A DNA stretch of 64,000 nt from Nitrososphaerales archaeon (GTDB lineage: Archaea; Thermoproteota; Nitrososphaeria; Nitrososphaerales; UBA213), in contig CBDAOC010000018.1 of the NCBI GenBank assembly GCA_965197925.1, positions 64,001 through 128,000 on the forward strand, read 5' to 3'. How positions within the stretch are numbered: the stretch's first letter is position 1; each line of letters opens with the position of its first letter. Below the pieces are notes generated by a model. The model was given only the letters and a program-made list of their open reading frames with translations, was not told the DNA's origin and made no database searches. Shown piece after piece: positions 35,399-45,424 of this stretch. Made by a program: the position numbers and the translations under genes.

Positions 35399-35614
35399 CT
35401 AACTTATTTTTAGGAACAAATTCAAGTAGCTCAGCTATATGAGTAGCCAGTTTCCAATTATCTACTCCGGAAGGAATATGTCCAATAGTCTATTCACACC
35501 TATTAGAAAGGTATTCTCGGTATCTCCCTTCTAGCTTATGAATGTCAGATTCTAGAATGGAATTAGATGAACCTGATAATTTTATTAGAGTGTTTGCTTC
35601 GTTCACATACTTGT

Positions 35615-35686
35615 GCGGGATTGGTCTAGCGGTTAGGATATTGGCTTCCCAAGCCAATTGCGCGGGTTCGAATCCCGCATCCCGCA
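35615..35686 (+). tRNA. tRNA-Gly (CCC), intronless, CCA not encoded
   Basis: Acceptor GCGGGAT/ATCCCGC, anticodon arm TTGGC-TTCCCAA-GCCAA, T arm GCGGG-TTCGAAT-CCCGC. Confidence 0.96.
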
Positions 35687-35793
35687 TACACTGAACGTAT
35701 ATTATACACGGAACAAAAAGGGAAGATCAAATGGTATTGTTTTATTATTCTCTCAAGCAAGTTAACCATAGAAAATACAACTTTAGACACCCT

Positions 35794-36033
35794 CGTCAAA
35801 CTTGTCACATGAACAACCTTGTAGCGTCAAGAAAGATGAAGAACGTAGGCCTAGGATATACTGAGCGCCACTAGCCTATACTATATAGGGGAGGGAAATT
35901 TTCATTTGACGGATTTGGTGACGCTGATGGTGAGTTTGATGACCATTTGACGACCGATTTGACGATAATGAGCTTGTAACAATATCACACTTTTAATATT
36001 GATGAGCTTGTAACAGCGATGCAATTGTAACAA
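35794..36033. repeat. Cluster of short direct and inverted repeats (iteron- or arm-site-like)
   Basis: TTTGACG at 35905, 35946, 35958, TTTGATG at 35935, inverted CGTCAAA near 35795; ATGAGCTTGTAACA at 35968 and 36002. Confidence 0.6.
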
Positions 36034-36118
36034 CAAAAGTCTTCTAATATAACCGGTTCAAACCGGTAAATATGGGAATAAAAATTCCAGACGATGTTAA
36101 GGAAGAGATAGTAAGGTT

Positions 36119-36994
36119 CAACTCATCTCAAAACCCTACAATACATCAAAAATGATGCAGGATTAACAAATGCCAGGTAGTTTTCTGCCGTTCTTTCATA
36201 CCTGGTTCTTGTTCTGTGAAATCCATTCTTGAGCCATGCAAGGAATCTCTCAACTACAAATCTTGTCTTGCTGTAATGTTTGCAATCATTATTTTGCAAG
36301 ATGAACTTGGGATTTATTTTGTATGGGATGCAACATGCAATATTTCTATCCCACAAATACATTCTGATGTATTTTGCATCATTTTGTCTGCATAAACTGA
36401 TTCTATCTGTTGTATTGAATCATCATCAAGATAGTCTGAAATTGATCCTGTAACATCCATGCATTTTGTACTGTCATGTTCATTTGCTGGACTCAACAGT
36501 ATGGATATTGGAAATCCGTTACTCTCTACTGCGGCATGTATTTTTGTACCTGTTATTCTCTTGAATCCATTATATCCAGTTACATTGCCCCTTTTTTTTA
36601 TCAGGAATGGATGAAGAGTCAACTGATATTTTTTGTAGATTAATTTTGCCAGATTTATGTGCTGAGTGAATAGTACGTGATAGAATATTTTTCCAGATTC
36701 CTTTTTGTTGCCATTTGTTTAACCTTCTGTTTGCAGTAGAATCATCACCATATCTTTTTGGCATATCGTCCCATCGGCATCCAGTAGTTAGAACATGGAT
36801 TATTCCGTTAATGATTTTTCTATCATCATCCCTAGGCCTGCCAGTTTTTGCATGTGGTGGTATGTGTGATTCCATCATACTCCACTGTTTGTCTGATAAT
36901 TCTTGGAATTTCATAAAATAATTTTAGATGTCGCTATTCATGGATCTAAATGGTCGCTAAAAATTGTCTAAATGGTTAGTTTTGAGATGAGTTG
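36119..36994 (-). mobile_element. IS5-family (IS427-like) element, copy B, defective
   Basis: Near-identical inverted copy of 31226-32099; same TIRs; A8G4 slippery tract; same ADK lesion. Confidence 0.92.
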
Positions 36995-37170
36995 ATTATA
37001 CGTAAGGACTGGATGTCAGTGGAAGAAGATACTAAAAGAATAACCACAGACTCTACATGTTAAAGGTTCAGGATTCGGTTCAGAAAGTATTCCATAAGCC
37101 GTGGAAGAAGTTGCTTGAAAAAAATGGAGACGAACGGAATTGGATGGAACTAGCAGTCATTGTATAGCCT
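36995..37170 (+). pseudogene. IS5 (IS1031-like) transposase remnant abutting IS copy B
   Basis: LYVRTGCQWKKILKE* and later PWKKLLE match LYVLRTGCQWKKVLKE...VWKRLLE of the 18985-19383 ORF. Confidence 0.7.
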
Positions 37171-37475
37171 TACAGTCAGAGCATCGTTAGAGGAGAAACC
37201 ATGGACAGAATTACCCTTTTCCTAACCTCATTTGAGGCCAAGTTTCCTTATATCTTGGCTTCAGATGATTTTTGCTCTATTTCCACCATTGCTACACTAC
37301 TTCACAAATCTGGTTGATACTGGGTTAATCCAATTTGTAGCCATCTAATAATCTATTAAAGAGCTAGTAACAAATAGTAACAATTATTCTTCTACAATTG
37401 CTTAATTCGCATAGAGAGTGTTATAGGATGTGGGGTTACACTAGTTGCAAAGCAAGATTGGATAGAATCTAAGGT

Positions 37476-37697
37476 TTAATCTTGTTTCCTTGCTTCTTCT
37501 AGGGCTTCCTTTTGTTTGATATCAGATGGTGAAATGTGCTTGGAAACGTATGTTCTTGCAGCTGGTCCTAGTTCCTTCAATGTCTCCAAAGCTTTCTGGC
37601 AGTCGGTGCCTGGTTCCGGTTGAAACTCCCAACCTTTAGGTGTAACAACAAACTTTCCAATACATTCTTTCTTCTCCTCGTTACTTTCCTGACTCAT
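37476..37697 (-). CDS. Small hypothetical protein with two Cys
   Basis: 73-aa ORF overlapping the end of the upstream ORF. Confidence 0.55.
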   Translation of the reverse strand: MSQESNEEKKECIGKFVVTPKGWEFQPEPGTDCQKALETLKELGPAARTYVSKHISPSDIKQKEALEEARKQD

Positions 37698-38221
37698 TAT
37701 TCTCCACCATAGCGTTCACAGCTGAGTATTCATCATTTAATCTTTCGATAATATTCTTTAGTTCTTCTAATGGGTCATCAAATTCAGTTTCATTTTCTAA
37801 GCCTAGCTGTTCTTTAACGGATTGAGTAATTTGTCTAACAGACTCAAGGATTTCTTCCTTGGATGCATTTTGTGCATTCAACTCTTCATTTAGTTCATGA
37901 ATGGTTTCATCTTTCTCTTCTGTAATTGCAGATAAAGATGCCTTTTCCTCGGAATGGGAAGAATTTAGACCTAGAAGCGCTTCCACCCGATTTACTCATT
38001 AAACCATTCTTGATTAACATAGATATCAGCTGCAGTAGTCTTTCCTTGATTACATTGGTAGTATCGGATTGTAGAATGCTATGTTTACCAGTAGTTTTGA
38101 ATCCCTTTCTCCTTCCCAAACCTATGACATCCTGTGCATAGATATCATGGTCAAATGAACATGGATCGAAATTTCTAAGACTACTGTTTTTCCCGCACAA
38201 GGGGCATAAAAGGAAACTCAT
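37681..38221 (-). pseudogene. CxxC zinc-ribbon plus acidic coiled-coil protein, frameshifted
   Basis: MSFLLCPLCGK... (37907-38221) overlaps a second-frame ORF 37681-37986; shift near 37990. Confidence 0.55.
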
Positions 38222-38290
38222 TACCTCTTTATCTAATTCATACTATTTGATCTTATCGGTGTTCTGTTTTATTACTTTACTTAGTTAATT

Positions 38291-39376
38291 GAGGCTTGGG
38301 CATAATTAAGCCGGTCGAATCGATAAGATCAGGTTTCAATTTTCATTGGTAATATGTTTAGCTCAGACTCCATACTTCTTCGTATATTATTTTTGATTGA
38401 CGTGATTCGGCCAAAACCTCTTAGGAAAAGGGGTAGACCATTCTACTATTCTCCTACAGTAATGATGAGATGCTTCATCGTTAGAGTATGGATAAGAATA
38501 CCAGGCAACAATGTGTTACATCAATATTTTTCGATAGACATGCCATACAACAGGAAGGTAATGAAGGCATGTGGTCTTGATAAGTTGCCAGACAGAAGAA
38601 CATTCGACAGAAGGTTCAAGGCCATATCAATTGACATAAGATCAAGGATAGATGTTATGGGTATGCTCTTCATAAAAGATGGGTTGGTAGACTCATCCAT
38701 AGTATCCGTTGACAGTTCCTTGTTGAAAGCAAAGGGACATGTATGGCATAGATCAAACATGAAGAAGAATGAAGTGCCACGCTCCGGTATAGATACAGAT
38801 GCTCGATGGGGCTACAGCAGAACCAAGGGATGGATATTCGGATACAAGATGCATCTAGCATGTAGCACAGGTTCATTGATAGTTCCATTATCAGCTGATT
38901 TCACAACAGCTAACATTACTGATAACAAGATGTATGAAAGCATAACATCTTCATTGCCTACAGGAATGGTAAGGTATGTTGTAGGAGATGAAGGATATGA
39001 TGATCACAAGTTATGTGATTTCAGCAGGTATAGAGGGCATCCAGTATTCCCATTGGAAAGGTATAGGCATACTACAGATAATAATAGACTGGCATTGCTG
39101 CAGTTCTATCAATCTGAATTTGGGCAGCATGTATATTCTCGGAAGAGCATAAGCGTTGAACCATTGATAGAGCATATGAAAGATGTATTTACCATAGACC
39201 CATTACCAGTTAGAGGATTTGATAAGGTAAGGAGTATAGTGTTGTTATCAGTATTGTTGTATCAAGTAATGGTTTACTACTTGACAGGAAGGCCTCTCAG
39301 GGCATTGAAGTATATGTTGGGAAGCTAATAGTAATAATTTCAAAATAATATTATAATTGAATTATGCCCAAGTCTC
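38291..39376 (+). mobile_element. DDE_Tnp_1-type IS, copy 2 (continuous 324-aa transposase ORF 38354-39328)
   Basis: TIR GAGGCTTGGGCATAATT / AATTATGCCCAAGTCTC; flanks AGTTAATT / AATTAATT (7 of 8 match); VDSS, GDEGYD, SVEP DDE motifs. Confidence 0.92.
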
Positions 39377-39460
39377 AATTAATTATTATGTTAGAAAATT
39401 CGGTTGCTTTTTGATTGGTGAATATGCTAAACAAGAAGGTTATATCAACATAAAAGATGT

Positions 39461-40069
39461 TTGTACTCTAGACAGCGAGGCAAACAAATGAACGAAATAA
39501 GTTCTATAGAAAAGCAATTCATTGAAGAAAATGGAAAACTAGACACAACTAGACAAAAATTTACAAAGAAGATAGGTTGTCCATACACCAAGCAAGAAAG
39601 GCAGAAGCGTCTAGATGAGGTGTATAAACTGTATTTCATGTTCGGTTACCCAGCGAAAAAAATAGCAGAATTAATGAAAGTTAATAGACATGCCATAGAG
39701 AGTGATATCAAATTAATATACAAGAAACTTGGCGAGCAGATCTTCACGCCTGACTCTAATGGTTGGATAACAAGGCAGTTTGAAAGGTTAGAATTTCAAC
39801 GAAGTAGACTTTTGGAATCGTTGTACAGTGAAGATTACCTAGATCGGAAATTGTCCATTGAACGATTGATCTTAGAAATAGATAACAGAATTATGCATTA
39901 TACAATGAATGCGTTCAACAATGAAATTGTGATTTGGTCTAGAGTATCAAAGATGTTAAATGATTTTGCTGGGCGGAAAAAGCTAGGAACGAGATGGTAT
40001 TCACCCTTTGAATTGATAGAAATTACCGCTAAGCAACAGGAACGGATAGACAAAATTTTAAAAGAGTAA
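39461..40069 (+). CDS. HTH DNA-binding protein
   Basis: GYPAKKIAELMKVNRHAIESDI helix-turn-helix. Confidence 0.7.
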   Translation: MYSRQRGKQMNEISSIEKQFIEENGKLDTTRQKFTKKIGCPYTKQERQKRLDEVYKLYFMFGYPAKKIAELMKVNRHAIESDIKLIYKKLGEQIFTPDSNGWITRQFERLEFQRSRLLESLYSEDYLDRKLSIERLILEIDNRIMHYTMNAFNNEIVIWSRVSKMLNDFAGRKKLGTRWYSPFELIEITAKQQERIDKILKE

Positions 40070-40229
40070 TGATACATTATTAGTTATAGTAACCGTTTCT
40101 TTCAAGAATAGCTACACCTTTCGCCTGTCTTTGGGTTCAATAGATTCACTATCTTGTGGCGAACTGATTTGGGGGGCTTGAGTTATCAGGTCAAACCATC
40201 AATAGGCGGGTGTAGTGAATCCCTATTGG

Positions 40230-40793
40230 TTATGGCATCGTTTCTACAAACTCATCGCAATAGTCAAGATCTTCCTCAATAACTTCTTCACCATCTAGGA
40301 ATGCGTTAAATATTATGCTACAAGCTCTTGAAGTTTCTTGATTATTCATGCCTTGAGCATCAATTGGAAAGTGACCATTTGAATCCCTGAAAGTATTTGG
40401 TTCTAGACCCCAAGCTGCTAATCGTTCTTCTTCTTGTTCAGTTCCTATCTCTCTACCTGTATATTCTACAAATTCACTACAATAATTATAATCCCGATCT
40501 ATTGCCTCTTTACCTTCTATCATATCATCGAACAATATTCCACATGCTTGAATAGTTTCATCATTCGTTCTATCTTTGACTTCATCTGGATAATAACCAG
40601 TGGAATCTACGAATGTAGTAATAGAATCAGCCCATGCCACGATTTCTTCATTGGTTGGCTGAGTTTGATCTTTATCAGGTGCCTGTGTTTGAATTGTATC
40701 TGGTTGCTGAGTTTCACCCCACATTCCCACAATCCCCACAATCGCTATTATTATACCTACGAATGTTATGCCTATTCTAACGCTTTTTTTCAA
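40230..40793 (-). CDS. Membrane-anchored/exported acidic protein with two Cys-pair repeats
   Basis: N-terminal hydrophobic helix; two ~50-aa repeats TFxDSxGxxP...ACxIxF...EDxxYCxEFVE. Confidence 0.7.
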   Translation of the reverse strand: MKKSVRIGITFVGIIIAIVGIVGMWGETQQPDTIQTQAPDKDQTQPTNEEIVAWADSITTFVDSTGYYPDEVKDRTNDETIQACGILFDDMIEGKEAIDRDYNYCSEFVEYTGREIGTEQEEERLAAWGLEPNTFRDSNGHFPIDAQGMNNQETSRACSIIFNAFLDGEEVIEEDLDYCDEFVETMP

Positions 40794-40796
40794 ACT

Positions 40797-41945
40797 TTAT
40801 TGCCACTCCTTCATACCCAATATCTCACTCTTCGCCACGCTTGCTAATTCCTCTCCCTCCTCACCTAGCAGAGTAACACCTTCAGTCTTTGGATTTTTTA
40901 TGAATTCCTTCATTACTGTTTGCATCAAGGAAATTGTTAGATTGGTTTTTTGTTGCTCTAATTTCAAGTGCTCGATAGTCTTTTCTTGGTCTGAGTATCT
41001 ATCGGTTAGTTCCTTTCTAACAGTATCAGCATTGAATATCGTGAGTTCTGGTTCTAATTCCCTATACATCTCTTTCTTTTCTTCTATTGTGTAATTGGAG
41101 TATTGGGTAGTTCTATCGCCTTTTAACTCTCTAGCGAAATCTGTATCGAATTTTTTAGATGCCCTAGTGAAGGCAAAGTCTTTGAAAGAGTATAAGGATA
41201 TCTTATATCTGTTAGGAGTGCTTCTTTTCTTATATTCAAATCAGGGATTCGTTTCATATAAAACCGCATCATCTTTGCGTATCCCATAGCCTGCTACTTT
41301 TGGGGTTGTTTTACGTGGGAATACATATTCATCAGGCATCCTAGAGCGTCTACCTAGATATTGTAACAACATATTTTTGCATTTCTGGGTAAGAAAGGAT
41401 AGGTTTTGTGTCTTGTTTTTGCTTGCAAAAGCAGGGATATTGACCATGGTAGGATAGCTATTGAAATCAATATCTGCTACTCTTAACTGCAATATTTCAT
41501 GAGGTCTGCGTAATGTCGAGATCATCATTAGAGAGAATACCTTATGCTTCATAGGTAATGTGTTGAGGATCTTTGCTACAGTTTCATGGTCTAAAGGTAA
41601 TCTCTTTTCTCGTTGTAGTTTGGGTAACTTTATCCTAACTCTAGACTTGTATGGATTGATCTCGACATCATTATAGATTAGATATTGCCTAGCGTATGTG
41701 AAGTTCAACCGAATACTAGAAGATTTTAGATTCTCATTATCCATATATGTTACAAAGTCGTTTAATACATTGTAGGGATTCAGCAAATTTTTCTTTACTG
41801 CTATTGTAGTTTCTAGTAGGTCTTTATTCTATCGTACTTTGCAGAATTTATCGAATTTCTTTAAAGCATTTGTGGCAACATCCTTCGAGTATAAAGAATG
41901 AGAACTCATGTAAATTAATGCAATGAAATCCTCTACTAATTCCAT
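40797..41945 (-). pseudogene. Tyrosine recombinase/integrase pseudogene
   Basis: LRRPHEILQLRVADID and ASKNK catalytic-region motifs; in-frame stops near 41830 and 41241; C-terminal coiled coil. Confidence 0.85.
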
Positions 41946-42229
41946 ATTTTTAGCTAATGCATCTGCGAATATTTAAACAAAAATTAACTAGGAACAAATT
42001 GATAATTAAGATGTATAAACTACATTTTTCCCGAACAGAGTCTATCTTCCATTGACAAAAAAAGGGTCACCGGAGGTCTACTTGCTACAAAGGAGAAGAC
42101 AACTAAAAGAAGCACAAAAAAATGAATTCGCTAGCCCCAAACATCTTTTTACAATTTTCTATTTTTAGATATTTCCCTATAAGGTTCTGTACAAAAGGTT
42201 TTGTACAATCTATGCCTGTGGCTTAAAAA

Positions 42230-43807
42230 TTATTCATGCTTGACGAGGGTTGCCTTTGCTACATCAAGTCCCTTCCATACTACGTCATAACCCATGATGG
42301 AGATCATCTCAGCATGACAAGACTCAGGTATACTATTTTCTGCAAGGACTGAACATGCATCAACAAATTTGGTAGTACCATCAAGTAATTTTGCCAATTC
42401 ATAAGAAATGATCTTCGATATAAGAAACTTTCCTACAATGACATAATCATTATTGTTAGTAAGGATATTTAATGCAGTTTGTTCGGGTATGTTGTATTCC
42501 TGTGCAATCTCCTCTAATGGTATAACTTCTCCTCTTGTACGGTCAAGAGTGATTTTCACATTGACCATACTTCTCTCAACCAATTCTCTTTCTATCCTCT
42601 TCAAGTAATCTACAATTGGTTTAACTGGTACCTCATCCTTGTAGATTATTAATTGTTCTTTTGGTAGTGAAAAGAGCTTGGAACAAGCAAGCTCCTTATT
42701 TACAGCTATGAGTATATTTATTTTATTACCTGTACTTACAATAAGTTTATGCAACTTCCTTTCGAGATATTCCCTTGTCCAAAATCCAACTACTTCTAGA
42801 TATACTCTGGTATTGTATTTCTGGAACATAAAGTCCGGTATCAACGCTTTGCCTTCTACTATTAATGGATCCGGCTCTCTCACCAATTTCCAACCATTTG
42901 CAAATTGATCAAACTTTCTTGCAAACCTCTCTTCTACATTGCTATCGTAAATGCCAACAATGTTTTCTTTTTGCTTAATGCATGGAACACTAGCAATTAG
43001 TAAAGGAGCTTCCGAATCTGATAACTCAAGTTCAAATAACTTTTTTCCTGACATTGTCTTTCTTACGATCGAAGCCCTTACATACCACTTCTCTGATGTG
43101 ATAATTGAGGGAAGCAATTTTGCTATTGATGTACCGTACCTATCGGTCAACCTGAAAAGACTCAGTGGTCCATCAAGTGAACATGTAAGTTGTTCACTTT
43201 CTGCTGTAGGTTGTTCCAAATAATATATCAGACCGAACCATTTGACGTTCCTAAGCACACGCTTCCAGTTTATTCCCCCGAAAACATAAAATTCCAGTTT
43301 TGTACAGTTGAAGAGTAGGGTCTGAAACAGTGAAAGGTTGTAACAGGCCACGAGATCATTTGCATTTATAGAATCAAATTTTGTGAGGATCATATTTTCG
43401 TCAAGGTCGCTCCATAAAGCTTCATCCACTTCGCCAGCCGTAACACCGATTCTCCCTGCTGCACTAGAGAGTATATTATTCCTCTCAAAATCTGTTAAAG
43501 CAAATCCCTTCTTTGACGCTTCTTCAAATACCGTTTTTCTTACAAATATTGAGCTAAGATTTGAGATACTCTTGAAAAGACATCTCCTTTCAAGAAGTGT
43601 ATACAGTCCTCTGACTAGTTTGTAGTCGTTTTTGCATTCATATTCAGTTATTCTTTCAAGAAGAACTCCTTTCTTCTCAGTTCTTTCTAGCGCTTCTTCA
43701 AATACCTTGATAATTCTTGTTGCCAATTGGAATTCGTTCTCGGAACAGAACAAAGGAGATATCATTCCCTTTTTCGTCCTGATCCTCAGCAAAGATGAAG
43801 GGAGCAT
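42230..43807 (-). CDS. bax1: DUF790-family endonuclease (Bax1, XPB partner)
   Basis: YNLSL.QTLLF, DGPLSLF..T.RYG, REPDPL...IPDF...YLEVVGFWT; directly downstream of XPB. Confidence 0.88.
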   Translation of the reverse strand: MLPSSLLRIRTKKGMISPLFCSENEFQLATRIIKVFEEALERTEKKGVLLERITEYECKNDYKLVRGLYTLLERRCLFKSISNLSSIFVRKTVFEEASKKGFALTDFERNNILSSAAGRIGVTAGEVDEALWSDLDENMILTKFDSINANDLVACYNLSLFQTLLFNCTKLEFYVFGGINWKRVLRNVKWFGLIYYLEQPTAESEQLTCSLDGPLSLFRLTDRYGTSIAKLLPSIITSEKWYVRASIVRKTMSGKKLFELELSDSEAPLLIASVPCIKQKENIVGIYDSNVEERFARKFDQFANGWKLVREPDPLIVEGKALIPDFMFQKYNTRVYLEVVGFWTREYLERKLHKLIVSTGNKINILIAVNKELACSKLFSLPKEQLIIYKDEVPVKPIVDYLKRIERELVERSMVNVKITLDRTRGEVIPLEEIAQEYNIPEQTALNILTNNNDYVIVGKFLISKIISYELAKLLDGTTKFVDACSVLAENSIPESCHAEMISIMGYDVVWKGLDVAKATLVKHE

Positions 43808-43809
43808 CT

Positions 43810-45192
43810 CTAGTCTTTCCCTTCCTTGCTTTTTAGATTCTCTAGTGATTTCTTCCTCCTGTTGCTCGACCCAACCTCATTGGTCCCCATTGATACTATC
43901 TCGATTAATCTTGCAGTTTTTCTATCCTGCTTTGGTCTTAGAAGCCTTCCTAATCTTTGAATGAATTCTCTACTGCTTCCTGTACCGCTCACGATGATTC
44001 CCAGCTCGGCATCTGGGACATCAACACCTTCATCTAACACTTTCGATGTTACTATAGTTGAATACTTACCATCTTTGAAGCCATTGAGCACAGCCTGTCT
44101 CTCTTCCCTCTTGCTCTTATGGGTAATGAATGGGATCAAGAACTTGTTCGATATCTCGTGAACTAAAATATTATGTTGAGTAAAGATTAATGTTTTAACT
44201 CTCCTGTTTTCTGCAAGAATTTCTCTTAATTCATCAAATTTAGCTTTACTGTTCAACGCTATATTCATAGACTTGTTCCTGGCCAGGATCGCATCTCTAG
44301 CAAATTTATTCCTCGAAGACATCATAATCAACCTTTGAAACGCATTGGGGTAATTCAGCCTAAGCCCTAACTTGTTTATGATGAACTTGTACTTGTTATG
44401 ATTTTTCTTGTATTCGACCGATTCTTCAGGTAACATTTCAACATTTCTTCTTTCGATGGAATAGTTGGCGAGATGATTTTGTTCTGCCAGATCTCTAGGT
44501 ATTGTTTGAAAGACAATCCCCCCAACCAGTTTTGGTAGATCTTTATGAAGACCATCCTGCCGTTCAACAGTAGCTGTCAATCCTAATCGGAATGGTGATG
44601 CAAATTGTTCAGCGATTGACCTGTAACCAAGGGCAGGTAAGTGATGAACTTCGTCAAATATTACTAAGGAAAATTTGTTACCAAGCGATGCTGCTTTGAT
44701 ATATGAAGAATCGTAAGTTGAAATTGTTATCGGTTCTATTATTTCATCACCTCCTCCCAACTTCCCGATCTGAATATTGAAATGTTTTGAGAGAACAGTC
44801 GTCCATTGATCCATTAACTCCAGCGTTGGAACCACTATTAGAACAGAGGAATTTACCTCCTCAATTGCTTTTACACCTACTATTGTTTTGCCAGCGCCAG
44901 GAGGGAGTACGATACACCCCCTCATTCCAGCCTTGAGCCACATATTCAATGCTTTATGTTGATAATCCCTTAATTTGACACCTTTAGCCTGAAGAACAGG
45001 AGAAGGTATAAGGTCAAGTACATAATCTTCATACTCAATATCACTTGAGCTAAAATACTGGATAATATCCTTGTAATAAAGTGCATTAGCTCTCAACGAA
45101 CTCGTGCGAGGATCAAATGAGGCAAATGGAAGATGAGTAATGCCCTTAATGACTATAGTTCCCTTATCATACTTCAGTATTGCCTTAAGCAA
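43810..45192 (-). CDS. xpb: XPB/Rad25-type SF2 helicase
   Basis: LRDYQ, GAGKT, DEVHHL, LGLTAT, DEGVDVP, QRLGRLLR. Confidence 0.92.
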   Translation of the reverse strand: MLKAILKYDKGTIVIKGITHLPFASFDPRTSSLRANALYYKDIIQYFSSSDIEYEDYVLDLIPSPVLQAKGVKLRDYQHKALNMWLKAGMRGCIVLPPGAGKTIVGVKAIEEVNSSVLIVVPTLELMDQWTTVLSKHFNIQIGKLGGGDEIIEPITISTYDSSYIKAASLGNKFSLVIFDEVHHLPALGYRSIAEQFASPFRLGLTATVERQDGLHKDLPKLVGGIVFQTIPRDLAEQNHLANYSIERRNVEMLPEESVEYKKNHNKYKFIINKLGLRLNYPNAFQRLIMMSSRNKFARDAILARNKSMNIALNSKAKFDELREILAENRRVKTLIFTQHNILVHEISNKFLIPFITHKSKREERQAVLNGFKDGKYSTIVTSKVLDEGVDVPDAELGIIVSGTGSSREFIQRLGRLLRPKQDRKTARLIEIVSMGTNEVGSSNRRKKSLENLKSKEGKD

Positions 45193-45424
45193 TAAGTGTC
45201 AATGTAGAATGATTCATGGTTATTAAAAAATCTTTTACATACTGTTAATAGAAAGATCCAGTAACTATATTGATCTCTTTGATCACTAAATAATCTCTTC
45301 TTTAGAGGACCTGTTTTAGATAGAATGTGGGAAGCTTTTAGATTGAACTCACAAAATATTAACTCATATTTTTGGTGTCAAGATTCTATATCTTTTAATT
45401 TTTGTATTAAGCAATATTCATGCT

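Noticed and set aside
35490..35808. ORFs 35490-35687 and 35626-35808
   Set aside because: Antisense shadows of tRNA-Gly
42000..42229. att duplicate of the tRNA-Gly 3' end at the island's far boundary
   Set aside because: No match to GGTTCGAATCCCGCATCCCGC found by eye
42230..45192. Helicase-nuclease pair as a new defence system
   Set aside because: Matches the known archaeal XPB-Bax1 repair pair
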